The notes: generated by a model from the sequence alone, not told the origin. Shown: positions 1 through 12,049, numbered from the whole stretch's first letter. The stretch is DNA of 62,867 nucleotides, filler included, from Thraustochytrium aureum (GCA_012862495.1; 5 parts of 3 records of this genome joined end to end with filler, not necessarily neighbours in it), one strand, 5' to 3'. Program-made: numbers and translations.

Positions 1-1
1 T

Positions 2-871
2 GGGGGCAGCGGCCCGAGTCCCGTGCGCAATAATGGGTCGCTAGCTGACGGCCCACGTGAGGCGCACAACGCGGGCGAAGAGCTTGATCGCCCCCCGGCG
101 CTCCGCCACCGGTCGTTATCTGCAGAGGGGCTCCTGCTCGCTAGCTCTTCGTCTGCCTTTATCCAGCCTGTGGACTCTATTGGGGGCTCGTTCCGTCGAA
201 GCGAGAGCATTGGCGGCTCCGGGATCCCTTCGCTCACCACTCGGGGCTCGTCAATATTTGGCGGCTCTGAGCTCAGCAACGACCAGGTGAGTCCGCGCGG
301 GTGGCCGAATTCTTCGCGCCGCGCGGCTGCGGCGTCCGAGTCTCCGGATCTTATGTCAGGGCCCGCCGCGTCGGGCGCGGGATCTGCATTATTTATGGAC
401 GGTGAGAGCGGCGAAATCCCCGGAGCCAGCCGCGCAGGCTCGAGCTCTGTGAGCTCAACTTCGGCTGTGCGGACGGATACCGGCGGATCTGGCGAGGCAA
501 GATCAGGCCTGCCACTGCGAGGTGGGGCCCAGACTTCGTTTGGGAAGCCCAGCTCACGAACCTTGGGGACGCGCGACCGAGTAAAGATAGCTGTGCCGCA
601 ATGCGACACGGCAAGTCTCTGGCGAAACGATCACGCGCCCGGGTCGGAGTACTTCCTGGTTACCGGAGGGGAGAATCGTGTTGCCCTTGCGCCGCTTGTT
701 TTGGCGCATGAGCCCTTCCAAGAAATTGCCGCCTGTTCCGTGAGCTTGCGTGGGCCAGACGGTCGCCCTTTTGACGCCGGCTCGATCCGGATCAATGCTC
801 TGCGAGCGCTGCCGGTCAGGAGCCTTGTTCTGGTTGGATCAGAATCAGGCCATCTGCACGCTATTCGGTAG
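2..871 (+). CDS. 3' part of a hypothetical Ser/Gly-rich protein (5'-partial)
   Basis: Frame is open from the window edge to TAG at 869-871. Low-complexity Ser/Gly region followed by a more globular-looking end (YFLVTGG...ALAPLVL). No recognisable domain. Confidence 0.45.
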   Translation, partial: GGSGPSPVRNNGSLADGPREAHNAGEELDRPPALRHRSLSAEGLLLASSSSAFIQPVDSIGGSFRRSESIGGSGIPSLTTRGSSIFGGSELSNDQVSPRGWPNSSRRAAAASESPDLMSGPAASGAGSALFMDGESGEIPGASRAGSSSVSSTSAVRTDTGGSGEARSGLPLRGGAQTSFGKPSSRTLGTRDRVKIAVPQCDTASLWRNDHAPGSEYFLVTGGENRVALAPLVLAHEPFQEIAACSVSLRGPDGRPFDAGSIRINALRALPVRSLVLVGSESGHLHAIR

Positions 872-876
872 TCGCG

Positions 877-974
877 GCCTGCTTGCAGCGACGGCGTGTT
901 GCAGCGACGGCGTGTTTGCAGCGACGGCCTGCTTGAAGCGACGGCCTGTTTGCAGCGACGGCCTGTTTGCAGCG
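877..974. repeat. ~17-bp minisatellite (GCCTGTTTGCAGCGACG-like), about 6 copies, running into an assembly gap
   Basis: Directly visible tandem units with 1-2 variable positions. Confidence 0.9.
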
Positions 975-1372
975 NNNNNNNNNNNNNNNNNNNNNNNNNN
1001 NNNNNNNNNNNNNNNNNNNNNNNNNNNNNNNNNNNNNNNNNNNNNNNNNNNNNNNNNNNNNNNNNNNNNNNNNNNNNNNNNNNNNNNNNNNNNNNNNNNN
1101 NNNNNNNNNNNNNNNNNNNNNNNNNNNNNNNNNNNNNNNNNNNNNNNNNNNNNNNNNNNNNNNNNNNNNNNNNNNNNNNNNNNNNNNNNNNNNNNNNNNN
1201 NNNNNNNNNNNNNNNCCTTTGGGGACCGGAGGACCTGCGCGAAGCAAGCCAAGACGAACCGATGTTTTTGTTTGTTTTTTCGCAGAATGGCGGAAGGACT
1301 GACCTCTAGAGGTGGAATGCAAGCAGCTCACTCCAGGACAAGACCCGGTCTGTAGGAGCTAGTACAAACCAA

Positions 1373-2882
1373 TCATTCAGCTCTCGTGTCCGTGTCTGGC
1401 TGGTCCCTTGAAAGACTTGCCTTGTGCAGCTCCAATAGCTCGAGCGAATCTTGGAGGCGTTGAACTCGAGTCTTCAACGCAGACTCCTCGCGCTGGTTCT
1501 CGTCGGCTTGGTCAATAAGCCGTTGCGCGTACTGTGCGTTGAGGTGCTTGTACATCTCGAGCAGGCCCACCGTCTCCTTGAGAAGGTCCACGCCTTGCGG
1601 CTTGAGGCGGACAGTGTGAACCAGCTCATGATACTTGCGCCTCGCTTGCCAGGCGTCGGGCTTCCAGCCTTCAGAGAGAAACTCGTCCTCCAAAGGAACT
1701 ATCTGCCCTTTTTCGAAGGCATTGCGCACTGCCACCCATGCACTTGCCCAAAACTCCGTCAGATCCTTACTGTCGAAGAATTCAGACATCCGTTTCTCGT
1801 CGACTTCGAGCAATCCTTCTGCGCGCGCAGCCTCCAAGGCCTTTTCGCGGTCCATACTGTGCCTCGACCCTAAAGCAGCGATGTCGGCAAGGCCCGAACT
1901 GCTTTCTTTCCCAAGACTGGACGCGTCGACGTCGTGCTCCTCCTGATTTGTCATCGGTACTGCGTTTCCCTTGCGAGGCTGGGCCCCGGCGGCCATATTA
2001 GCGGCCGGGTCATCTCGGCTCGCAGTTGGTTTGGTCGAGATCGGTCCCTCGTTTGCCACGGCGTCCTGCGGCTGCTTGTTGTACATGCTCTCCAGACTTA
2101 GGCCGCCAAAGAGTCCTCCCACGGCGCTCGTTGGACTCGCGACGGTGCCTGGGCTCCCAGGAGCCGCTGCTTTGTTTGGCGGTGAAAGCGCATCCGGAGC
2201 TACTCGAGGGGCCTCCAGCCCGCTGGGCACCGCGCCAGGACGGATGGCGCCAGCTCTGGTCGCGCTGGCTAGAGCAGAAACTGCCTCGTCGCCGCTGGAG
2301 GCGAGAATAGGTTTCGGGATTGCTTGGCCGCCGTCCGGCACCTCCACGCTATCCCCGCCAAACTCTCTCGCGATGGAGGCCTCGATGAGGTCATGGAGCA
2401 GGTCCGGGTCGACGCGCTGCCCCGAGGCTTTCATCTGCATCTTGTAAATCGCCAGCAGCTCCTTTTGGCGGTCCTGCTGGTTGCGCACTTTGACCTCGGC
2501 GAGCCGCTTCGCCATGGCCACGCGGTGCGTCTCTTGGTACCGAATCACCGCAAGCATCGCCAGCGCCATGTCTTCGCGGAGCTGCTTCTCCGTCTTGCGC
2601 GCCATTTTTTTCGCTCCTTTTCCTTCGCCGCCTCGCCACGAGCCGCTTCGCTGCCGCGGCCTTCACCTTCCCGATCCCGGTCGCGCGTCGAGCAGGGAGC
2701 CCTCCACCCTCGCGGTCCGCGAGCTCATATTCCTCCTCGGCATCGCTGTCCGCCTCGTCCCTGGCGGCGCCTCCAAGCCCCTCTGGGTCGAGCGGGTCCA
2801 CGTACTTTGCCGCTGCGTGGACTTTGCCGCGGCCGCGCTTCACGCCAGCACGAACGAGTCCGCCGAGCCATGCCGTGGCCAT
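1373..2882 (-). CDS. Hypothetical protein with coiled-coil segments; probable frameshift at the T7 run (2605-2611)
   Basis: 410-aa ORF 1373-2605. The upstream frame from ATG 2882 (MATAWLGG...RRRKRSEK) joins it in frame if one base is removed from the homopolymer. Confidence 0.6.
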
Positions 2883-2884
2883 CC

Positions 2885-3739
2885 TCAACAGAGTGAACAA
2901 CAGAGGATCGATCGATCGATATCGATCGACCAGTTGCCCTTTGTCGTCTGTCGCGCTCGTCCTGCTCTGCTCCTGCGTCCATCTCGACGTCGGCGGCATC
3001 TCGTGCGTCCTGCTCCGTCATGTTCAACGGCACTTTTTTCGATGGACGTTCGCTCGTTGACCAGCCCGACGCTCGCATCGACGCGAGGCGGACGCGAGGC
3101 GGCCGCGCAGCGAACCGCAGGATAGCGCGCATCATTCAGGCAGGCCAGGCCGAGCGCGGATCGGCTGGCTTGCTCGTTGAGGCCGAGCGTGGGATGTCTG
3201 GGTCGCCCACAATGGATGCGACGGGCGTTGGTGGACTCGGCCCGTTCGCGAGGACCTGCTCTCCGCCTCGGGATTCTGAGCAGCGCGCGCGATGTTGGCG
3301 AGGATGATTGCTCATGGGCGCCGAGGTCCAGCTGCAGAGCTCGACGATCCAGAGCCGCCCTGTTCAACATGCTTCGCAAGTTTTCAACGCGCTTTCGCTC
3401 CGACGAGCCCAACCACAGCGCAGTCACTCACTCAGCGTACCGCACAGATATCGCACCCACCCCAGCGACGCGCTGCAAGCGATCTCCTCGCTGGCCCGCT
3501 CCGTGTCCAGGGGCTCGAGCCGGTCCACGAGCGCTTCCAGCCGGTCCACGAGCGCGTCCAGCTCTTCCAAGGAGAAAAATAGGACGCGCACTCGGCCTCG
3601 TCGCCCCAGCCAGCCTTCGCCATCGCGGGCGCCAGACGCAGGGCAGCGGAGCCTCGGCGCCCGCCCGCTTCGTCCAGCAGCGACTTGGGCGCGCCTTCTG
3701 CGCGTCCGTCTCCAGGAAGAATGCCACTGTTGTGGCGCG
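2885..3739 (-). CDS. Possible frameshifted fragment of a helical protein
   Basis: Protein-like stretches LEELDALVDRLEALVDRLEPLD...WVRYLCGTLSE and VTALWLGSSERKRVENLRSMLNRAALD can be joined by one indel near 3427. The 5' end lies in a gap. Confidence 0.25.
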
Positions 3740-3965
3740 NNNNNNNNNNNNNNNNNNNNNNNNNNNNNNNNNNNNNNNNNNNNNNNNNNNNNNNNNNNNN
3801 NNNNNNNNNNNNNNNNNNNNNNNNNNNNNNNNNNNNNNNNNNNNNNNNNNNNNNNNNNNNNNNNNNNNNNNNNNNNNNNNNNNNNNNNNNNNNNNNNNNN
3901 NNNNNNNNNNNNNNNNNNNNNNNNNNNNNNNNNNNNNNNNNNNNNNNNNCGTAGAGGAGCTGACG

Positions 3966-5573
3966 ATGTTTGCGGGCGCGGCGAGCAAGCGGCAGTTTGG
4001 CGGGGAAGGAAGCGCCGCACCTGGGTTGTCTAGGGTCGGCTTCTTGACGCTGCTGAACGCCTTGCTGTGCGTCACGTTCGGGTCCACGCTCGTGCTGCTG
4101 ACGCTGGAGAGGTCGTCGGTGTCGCAGTCGTCGCTGCGGCGCGGTGTGAGTGACACCATTGCCGGCCTCGTTGGGCAGAGACTCGAGTTTCATCGCGGCA
4201 TCGGCGAACGCGAAAACCACTCTGGTAGTGCCGGCGAAGGCAGTGGAGACGCCGTGCTCGACGCGCGCGACGACAACGGAGCCGGCTCCGAGCCCTGGAC
4301 AAAGCAGCGCCGAGCCGTCTCAACAAAAGTCGCCATTTTGGCAGACGCGACCATCAACAAGGCCACGCGCAACGTCCTCGAACTAGTCAAGTACGAAGGC
4401 GCCGATATGGTGCTGCATCCCGGCGACATAGACTACACGGGGCGTGTAGACTTGTGGGAGGCGCAGGCCAATCGAGTGCTAGGCAAGGACTTTCCGTATT
4501 TCTTCACGGCAGGAAACTACGAAAAGAAGAGACCAAAGGCTGCAAAAGCGAACAGGACGCCTTGGCCGAACTACGTGAAATTCAGGAACGAACTGATTAG
4601 CAAGCTTGGCGTACAGTGCCCGTTCCAGTCGGCGAGCGAGGACCAGGTCGCGTGCCACTACCGCGGCGTGTCGTTTGTGCTCTCCAACCTCTCCAACCTC
4701 AAGGAGACGTTGAGTGAGGACATCGAGTTTCTGTCCACTGCTCTGGGCCGCTTGCGCGAAGCGTTCCCGCGCACCCGGTGGACGTTTTGCTTGTGGCATG
4801 CCCCGTTCGAGTCAATGCAGGTCGGGTTCCGCGAGCCGCCAGAGGTCATGAAGGCAGCAGAACTTGAGCGAGGCTACGATATCTGCCGCCGCGCTGGCGC
4901 CGTGGTGCTCACTGGGCACGAGCACTACTACATCCGGTCCAGTGTGATTCGTTCTTTTGTTGCGCCGTACGTGTACGCGCGCTCGCGCCCTGATGCAGAG
5001 GCCGCGGCCGGCGAGGGTGCGCCGGTAGAGGCGGCGGGGATGGACGAAAGTGGGTTGAACGACGTCCCGGTCGTGAGGATTTCTCCGGGCGCAACATTCG
5101 GGATCGTCAGCGGCATGGGTGGCCACTCGGTAAGCGTCCCGTCGCGCAAGATGCTGGACGCGCGTCCGCACCTCGAGGCCTTCCACCCGGCCTGGCTCGC
5201 GAGCGCGCAAGACCCTGGCGGCAAGATGGTGTATCCAGAGTTGAACGGCAAGGTGCTGACGACCTCAAAGCTGATCCAAGCGAAGGTGGACGCGAACGGG
5301 TTTCCGTTCGGGGCGCTCTTTTGCGACCTTCCTGTTGAAGGCTGGTCCGGGGACGAGGCGCGGACCGCGTTTGTAGATTCAACCGAGAGCGGCGCTGCCG
5401 CTGACCCGGACCTGGACCCGGACACCGCTGCGCGCTCGGCCGCGGAGAGGGATCGTCGCTCGCGCGAAGAGGCGCGCGACGCGCGCGCGTACTGCTATTT
5501 CAAGACGATCGATAATCGGGTCGTGGACGAGTTCTTCCTGGAGAGCGTGATAGAGCCCACGCCCAAGCCGTAG
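3966..5573 (+). CDS. Calcineurin-like metallophosphoesterase (purple acid phosphatase-like) with N-terminal TM anchor
   Basis: Motifs ILAD, HPGDIDY, AGNYE, CLWH and GHEHYY in the canonical order. Hydrophobic segment FLTLLNALLCVTFGSTLVLLTL near the N-terminus. Confidence 0.85.
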   Translation: MFAGAASKRQFGGEGSAAPGLSRVGFLTLLNALLCVTFGSTLVLLTLERSSVSQSSLRRGVSDTIAGLVGQRLEFHRGIGERENHSGSAGEGSGDAVLDARDDNGAGSEPWTKQRRAVSTKVAILADATINKATRNVLELVKYEGADMVLHPGDIDYTGRVDLWEAQANRVLGKDFPYFFTAGNYEKKRPKAAKANRTPWPNYVKFRNELISKLGVQCPFQSASEDQVACHYRGVSFVLSNLSNLKETLSEDIEFLSTALGRLREAFPRTRWTFCLWHAPFESMQVGFREPPEVMKAAELERGYDICRRAGAVVLTGHEHYYIRSSVIRSFVAPYVYARSRPDAEAAAGEGAPVEAAGMDESGLNDVPVVRISPGATFGIVSGMGGHSVSVPSRKMLDARPHLEAFHPAWLASAQDPGGKMVYPELNGKVLTTSKLIQAKVDANGFPFGALFCDLPVEGWSGDEARTAFVDSTESGAAADPDLDPDTAARSAAERDRRSREEARDARAYCYFKTIDNRVVDEFFLESVIEPTPKP

Positions 5574-6153
5574 CTTGAGCGCTGGCGGAGCGCTTGCAGA
5601 ACGCTGCGCTGTTTGTGGCTGTTTCTCAAGAATCATGATCCCACAGGACTGGCCTTGGTTGCCATCAAGTGCCCCGGTCCACCTTGGGCGGCTTGCCAAC
5701 GCGAACCGCGGCCGCCCGCCCCGCACGTGCCGTTCGTACCGAACTCTGCACATGCCTGCATGCTGCCTGTAGANNNNNNNNNNNNNNNNNNNNNNNNNNN
5801 NNNNNNNNNNNNNNNNNNNNNNNNNNNNNNNNNNNNNNNNNNNNNNNNNNNNNNNNNNNNNNNNNNNNNNNNNNNNNNNNNNNNNNNNNNNNNNNNNNNN
5901 NNNNNNNNNNNNNNNNNNNNNNNNNNNNNNNNNNNNNNNNNNNNNNNNNNNNNNNNNNNNNNNNNNNNNNNNNNNNNNNNNNNNNNNNNNNNNNNNNNNN
6001 NNNNNNNNNNNNNNNNNNNNNNNNNNNNNNNNNNNNNNNNNNNNNNNNNNNNNNNNNNNNNNNNNNNNNNNNNNNNNNNNNNNNNNNNNNNNNNNNNNNN
6101 NNNNNNNNNNNNNNAAAGAAAGAACGACACAGATCTGCTGCTGCTGCTGCTGT

Positions 6154-7578
6154 TTAGAGGATGAACTTGTTAAAGTCAGACTTCTCCAAGAGGTCGCCGA
6201 TCTTGTCCAACACGTTCTTTCGCGTGATACGAAGCACTGGAAGGTCGTGGCCCTCAACGCGCGCAAGCGCGTAGTCAGAGCCCAGCTTCTCGGCGAGCGT
6301 GGTGCCAGACTCGAACGCTTCGAGAAGCTCGGGGGCGTGGAACGAAATGTCCTCGACGATGCGCTCCATGATTGTGTGCAAGCGGCGCGCGCCAATGTTC
6401 TCGATGGTCTCGTTGACATCCGCGGCGATCCGCGCCATCTCGCGCACGGCCTTGTCGTCAAATTGCACCTCGATCCCTTCGGTGCGCAGAAGGCCGATTT
6501 GCTGCGTGACAAGGTTGGCCTGCGGCTCCGTGAGGATGCGGTACATGTCGGCTTCTGTGAGCGGGTCGAGCTCGACCCGGATGGGAAGGCGGCCCTGGAG
6601 CTCGGGGAGCAGGTCTGAGGGGGACGCGGTGTGGAAGGCGCCGCTTGCAATGAACAGGATGTGGTTCGTGTTGACATTGCCGTGCTTTGTATGCACGACG
6701 CAGCCTTCGATGAGGGGAAGCAGGTCGCGCTGCACGCCCTCGGCCGAGGCGTCCGCAGAGCTGCGGGACTCGCCGTTGCTGCAGATCTTGTCGATTTCGT
6801 CGATGAAGACGATCCCGTGCTGCTCCGCGAGCGCGATGGCCTCCTTGGTCACATCGGCAGAGTCCATGCGGCTCTCGAGCTCGGCGTCCGCGAGGATGCG
6901 GCGCGCCTCGCTGATTGGCATCTTTCGCTTCTCCTTCTTCTGGCCGCCAATGAGCTTACCAATCTGCGCGAACACCTGGTTCATGTGCACTGGGCTGGGC
7001 TGGCCGCCCTCGATGGCGATAGGGAACGCGGCGCCGCCGGCGGCCGTGGGCCCGGTCACGGGGGCATCGATCGTGATGTTGTGCTTGTCCAGCTCGCCCT
7101 TGCGGAGGAGCTCCTTGAACGACTTGCGCGTTTCCGGGCTGCTTTTTCCTGTCAAGATGTCCAGGATCTGCGACTCGACGACGTCGTCGACGTCGTGCAT
7201 CTCGGCCTCCATTTTCAGCTTGGAGGTGAGCTTGATGGAGGTCTCGACGAGGTCCTGGATGATCTTGTCGACGTCGCGGCCGTGAAAGCCCACCTCGGTG
7301 AACTTGGTAGCCTCCACCTTGATGAACGGTGCCTGCGCCAGCTTTGCCAGCCGGCGGCCCACTTCGGTTTTCCCTACGCCGGTGCTGCCGATCATGAGGA
7401 TATTTTTTGGGTTCACTTCCTCGCGCATGCTTTCGTCCAGTTGCAGCCGGCGCCAGCGGTTGCGCAGGGCCACGGCCACGGACCGCTTCGCGTTGCGCTG
7501 GCCCACAATATGTTTATCTAGCTCCCTCACAATCTCGCTCGGCTTCATCGGCGACTTCCAAATATCCACGGGCTTGCT
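6154..7578 (-). CDS. hslU: HslU/ClpY AAA+ ATPase subunit of the HslVU protease (5' end in gap; probably mitochondrial)
   Basis: PSEIVRELDKHIVGQ, Walker A GSTGVGKT, KVEATKFTEVG, Walker B FIDEIDKI, EGVQRDLLP, LPELQGRLPIRV, NIGARRLHT, C-terminal KFIL. Confidence 0.96.
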   Translation of the reverse strand, partial: SKPVDIWKSPMKPSEIVRELDKHIVGQRNAKRSVAVALRNRWRRLQLDESMREEVNPKNILMIGSTGVGKTEVGRRLAKLAQAPFIKVEATKFTEVGFHGRDVDKIIQDLVETSIKLTSKLKMEAEMHDVDDVVESQILDILTGKSSPETRKSFKELLRKGELDKHNITIDAPVTGPTAAGGAAFPIAIEGGQPSPVHMNQVFAQIGKLIGGQKKEKRKMPISEARRILADAELESRMDSADVTKEAIALAEQHGIVFIDEIDKICSNGESRSSADASAEGVQRDLLPLIEGCVVHTKHGNVNTNHILFIASGAFHTASPSDLLPELQGRLPIRVELDPLTEADMYRILTEPQANLVTQQIGLLRTEGIEVQFDDKAVREMARIAADVNETIENIGARRLHTIMERIVEDISFHAPELLEAFESGTTLAEKLGSDYALARVEGHDLPVLRITRKNVLDKIGDLLEKSDFNKFIL

Positions 7579-8394
7579 NNNNNNNNNNNNNNNNNNNNNN
7601 NNNNNNNNNNNNNNNNNNNNNNNNNNNNNNNNNNNNNNNNNNNNNNNNNNNNNNNNNNNNNNNNNNNNNNNNNNNNNNNNNNNNNNNNNNNNNNNNNNNN
7701 NNNNNNNNNNNNNNNNNNNNNNNNNNNNNNNNNNNNNNNNNNNNNNNNNNNNNNNNNNNNNNNNNNNNNNNNNNNNNNNNNNNNNNNNNNNNNNNNNNNN
7801 NNNNNNNNNNNNNNNNNNNNNNNNNNNNNNNNNNNNNNNNNNNNNNNNNNNNNNNNNNNNNNNNNNNNNNNNNNNNNNNNNNNNNNNNNNNNNNNNNNNN
7901 NNNNNNNNNNNNNNNNNNNNNNNNNNNNNNNNNNNNNNNNNNNNNNNNNNNNNNNNNNNNNNNNNNNNNNNNNNNNNNNNNNNNNNNNNNNNNNNNNNNN
8001 NNNNNNNNNNNNNNNNNNNNNNNNNNNNNNNNNNNNNNNNNNNNNNNNNNNNNNNNNNNNNNNNNNNNNNNNNNNNNNNNNNNNNNNNNNNNNNNNNNNN
8101 NNNNNNNNNNNNNNNNNNNNNNNNNNNNNNNNNNNNNNNNNNNNNNNNNNNNNNNNNNNNNNNNNNNNNNNNNNNNNNNNNNNNNNNNNNNNNNNNNNNN
8201 NNNNNNNNNNNNNNNNNNNNNNNNNNNNNNNNNNNNNNNNNNNNNNNNNNNNNNNNNNNNNNNNNNNNNNNNNNNNNNNNNNNNNNNNNNNNNNNNNNNN
8301 NNNNNNNNNNNNNNNNNNNNNNNNNNNNNNNNNNNNNNNNNNNNNNNNNNNNNNNNNNNNNNNNNNNNNNNNNNNNNNNNNNNNNNNNNNNNNN

Positions 8395-8836
8395 GGAACT
8401 CATTTGCGTTGCGGCCGGCTGCGAGACGTCGGCCAACTTTGGAATCGATCTGGCGGCACGAGCTCTTCAGTTTTACCCGCAAGAGGCGTCGATAAAGAAT
8501 CTCGCGCACCTCGTTCAGTGCGACCACGCCGGCCACCTCCACCGGTTTGACTATGGGCCGGTGGGAAACCTCGTCAAGTACAACCAGGAGGACCCGCCTC
8601 GCTTCGACCTCACCACCCTCACGACGCCAACTGCGCTCTTTTATGGCCGCTTTGACCGCTTCCTTGCAGCCACGGGCTTTACCGACGCCGTTCGCGCCAT
8701 CCCCGCGGCCGTGGTTAAGGTTTCAAACGGCACGCTGCCGTACGGCCATGCTGACTTTATTTGGGGCATCAACGCCAAGTCGCTCTTGTATCCGAGCGTC
8801 CTCCAGTTCATCGCTGATCCCTCCAAGCAGTATTGA
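8395..8836 (+). CDS. Acid/gastric-type lipase (alpha/beta hydrolase), C-terminal part
   Basis: H-x-x-Q...FDYG...N-x-x-x-Y-x-Q-x-x-PP-x-FDL, catalytic Asp region (GRFD) and His motif YGHADFIWG, typical of the LIPA family. Confidence 0.88.
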
Positions 8837-9375
8837 GACAGCGCGGCGGCGGCCGGGGGCTCCGAAAGCAAGCTGGGGAATCGATACCTACGTAGAAACT
8901 CCATGCGCCGCGATTTCCGCGATGCCTGCGAAGTAATCCTTTCGAGGAAGACCTCCAGATACAGCGCGGGGCTTGCCTGACGCAGCTCTTGCAGCGCCTC
9001 TGTTGGGTTGCTCCCGTCCGGCCCGGAGTTGATTGCAGTAGGCCTAATCAGACCTAATGATGAGAAATGGGTTTGGTCGACTCGGGTCGTTCGTTGATCG
9101 TTGAGCGGAACTTCGTGCAGCGCTGGAGCAAGACATCGCAGAACGGATTGGCAGGCAGCGGGGTGAAACAGACAAGGCCTCGCTCGCGCAGACCTCCAAA
9201 GACGCAGGAGCCGAAGCCGCAGCAGCCGCTAGAGACGCACCGCGAGCTTTGGCGCCTGCTGGGACTGCTTTGGCGAGGCGGGCGGCTCCCCTCGGCACGC
9301 ACGGGCAGGGACGCGAGCCTCGTCGCCAGAAACCTTGCCTGCCTGCCTGCCGGCCTGCCTGCCTGAGCTGGCCAG

Positions 9376-11383
9376 ATGAAGTTCAACTTTAGGTTTGCGA
9401 ATCTGTGCGGCGTGGCGCACAAAGGCGGAAATGTGATTTTCACGCCGGACGGTAACGCTTTGCTGAGCGCGGTGGGCAACCGCGTGACGGTGTTTGACTT
9501 GGTACAAAACAAGGCGCGGACAATGCCTTTCGAGGCGCGCAAGGACATCAAGCAGCTTGCGCTCTCCGAGAACGGCAAGCTGCTCGTCGCCATCGACGAG
9601 GATGGCCGCGCCATGCTGGTCAACTTTGTCGCGTGGACCGTCATGCACCGCTTCAACTTTAAGAAGCGGGTGCGCGCGATGGCCTTCAGCCCCGACGACA
9701 CATACCTCGCGGTGGCCGTCGGCCACCACGTACAGGTGTGGCGCACGCCTGGGCCGCACAAGGAGTTTTCCCCGCTCGTTCTCCACCGCACGTACACGGG
9801 GCACCACGAAGACGTGACCAGTGTGAGCTGGGCGCCGGACGGGAGGTACTTCGTCACCGGGTCCCGCGACATGACCGGGCGCGTGTACTCGCTCGATCCC
9901 GAAGAGGGCTTTGTGGTCGTTACCCTGACGGGCCACCGTGAGCCTCTCGTGGGGTGCCTGTTTCTGCAGAACCAGCGCCTCCCAACGACGCGCGGCACGG
10001 ACGTCAAAGTACGGGACGAGGACGCGAGCGGCGCAGTTGGCGCGGACGCGCTTGGCCTCTTGGACGACGTCGAGGCCCAGCACGTCATCTACTCGGTGTC
10101 CCGGGACGGCGCTCTCATCGCCTGGAGTGGGCCTGGCTTGACGCCGGGGCCGCCGCTGCGGCGAAAGCAGCGGCGGCAGCAGGCGAGCCCGGTCCTCCGC
10201 TCAGCATTACGCAGGGGGAATGGCGCCGCCATGCGCGATTCTTCCTGCAAAAGGACCACGCTCAGGTCCGGTCCGTGGCGATGCACGCCAAGCGGCCAGA
10301 CCTCCTCGTTGTAGGCTTCAGCAACGGCGTGTTCTCGCTGTTCGAGCTGCCGACGGTGACGCACATCCAGTCGCTCAGCGTGTCGCAGCACGAGCTGCGC
10401 TCCGCGGCGGTCAACTGCACAGGCGAATGGCTCGCCCTGGCGTCGGCCAACTTGGGCCAGGTCCTGGTCTGGGAATGGCAGTCAGAGACGTATGTGCTCA
10501 AGCAGCAGGGCCACTACTACGACCTGAACGCCGTGGCCTACTCCCCCGACGGCCAGCTGATGGCCACGGCGGCAGACGACGCCAAGGTAAAGCTCTGGAA
10601 CACCAATTCGGGGTTTTGCTTTGTGACCTTTTCGGAGCACACCGCGCCAGTGACCGCGCTCGCTTTCATCGGCGAGGGCAACGCTGTGGTAAGCGCAAGT
10701 TTGGACGGCACCGTGCGCGCCTTTGACCTGGTGCGCTATCGCAACTTTCGGACGATGGTGACGCCGACCCCCGTGCAGCTCACGAGCCTTGCGATCGACG
10801 GTCAGGGCGAGGTTGTGTGCGCCGGTGCGATCGACCCAGCAGAGATCTACGTCTGGTCACTCCAGACTGGCCGCCTGCTGGACGTGCTCGCGGGTCACCA
10901 GGGCCCGATCTCGGCTCTGGCCTTTTCTCCCGCAAAGCCAGTCCTTGTCTCGACCTCCTGGGACCAGACTTTGCGGGTCTGGGAGCCGTACTCGAGCACC
11001 GCCCCGACGGAGACCATGTCGCTTGGGAGCGACGGGCTCTGCGTCGCGTTCCGCCCCGACGGCAAGGAGGTCTGTGCCGGATCATTGAATGGCCACTTGC
11101 AGTTCTGGGACATTGAGACCGGCAAGCAGACCGGCGTGATCGAGGGCCTCCGCGACGTGGCTGCCGGCAGGCGCGCGCGTGACCGCACAACGGCCGCCAA
11201 CTCGGCCCACGGCAAGCACTTTAGCAGCGTTTGCTACACGGCGGATGGCCGCTGCGTCATCGCGGGCGGGCGGTCCAAGTTCGTTTGCATCTTCCAGGTC
11301 GCGCAGCGCATCCTGCTGAAAAAGTACCAGCTCAGTCACAACCGCTCCCTCGACGGCGTTCTTGACAAGCTCAACTCCAAGTC
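9376..11383 (+). CDS. PWP2: Periodic tryptophan protein 2 (UTP1, WD40); frameshift near 10125; 3' end in gap
   Basis: MKFNFRFANLCG, GNRVTVFDL, VWEWQSETYVLKQQGH, GFCFVTFSEH, DGTVRAFDLVRYRNFRT, NRSLDG. One missing G (TGG[G]AG) joins ORFs 9376-10314 and 9954+. Confidence 0.95.
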
Positions 11384-12049
11384 NNNNNNNNNNNNNNNNN
11401 NNNNNNNNNNNNNNNNNNNNNNNNNNNNNNNNNNNNNNNNNNNNNNNNNNNNNNNNNNNNNNNNNNNNNNNNNNNNNNNNNNNNNNNNNNNNNNNNNNNN
11501 NNNNNNNNNNNNNNNNNNNNNNNNNNNNNNNNNNNNNNNNNNNNNNNNNNNNNNNNNNNNNNNNNNNNNNNNNNNNNNNNNNNNNNNNNNNNNNNNNNNN
11601 NNNNNNNNNNNNNNNNNNNNNNNNNNNNNNNNNNNNNNNNNNNNNNNNNNNNNNNNNNNNNNNNNNNNNNNNNNNNNNNNNNNNNNNNNNNNNNNNNNNN
11701 NNNNNNNNNNNNNNNNNNNNNNNNNNNNNNNNNNNNNNNNNNNNNNNNNNNNNNNNNNNNNNNNNNNNNNNNNNNNNNNNNNNNNNNNNNNNNNNNNNNN
11801 NNNNNNNNNNNNNNNNNNNNNNNNNNNNNNNNNNNNNNNNNNNNNNNNNNNNNNNNNNNNNNNNNNNNNNNNNNNNNNNNNNNNNNNNNNNNNNNNNNNN
11901 NNNNNNNNNNNNNNNNNNNNNNNNNNNNNNNNNNNNNNNNNNNNNNNNNNNNNNNNNNNNNNNNNNNNNNNNNNATGTGTTGCCTTGCTCGAAGCCCAGC
12001 TGCCCGCCTCTATTCGGCACGAAATCCAGAGCCGCACCAAGGACGGGCA

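Noticed and set aside
877..974. CRISPR-like array
   Set aside because: Tandem units have no unique spacers, there are no cas genes, and the context is eukaryotic. The same applies to 32420-32537.
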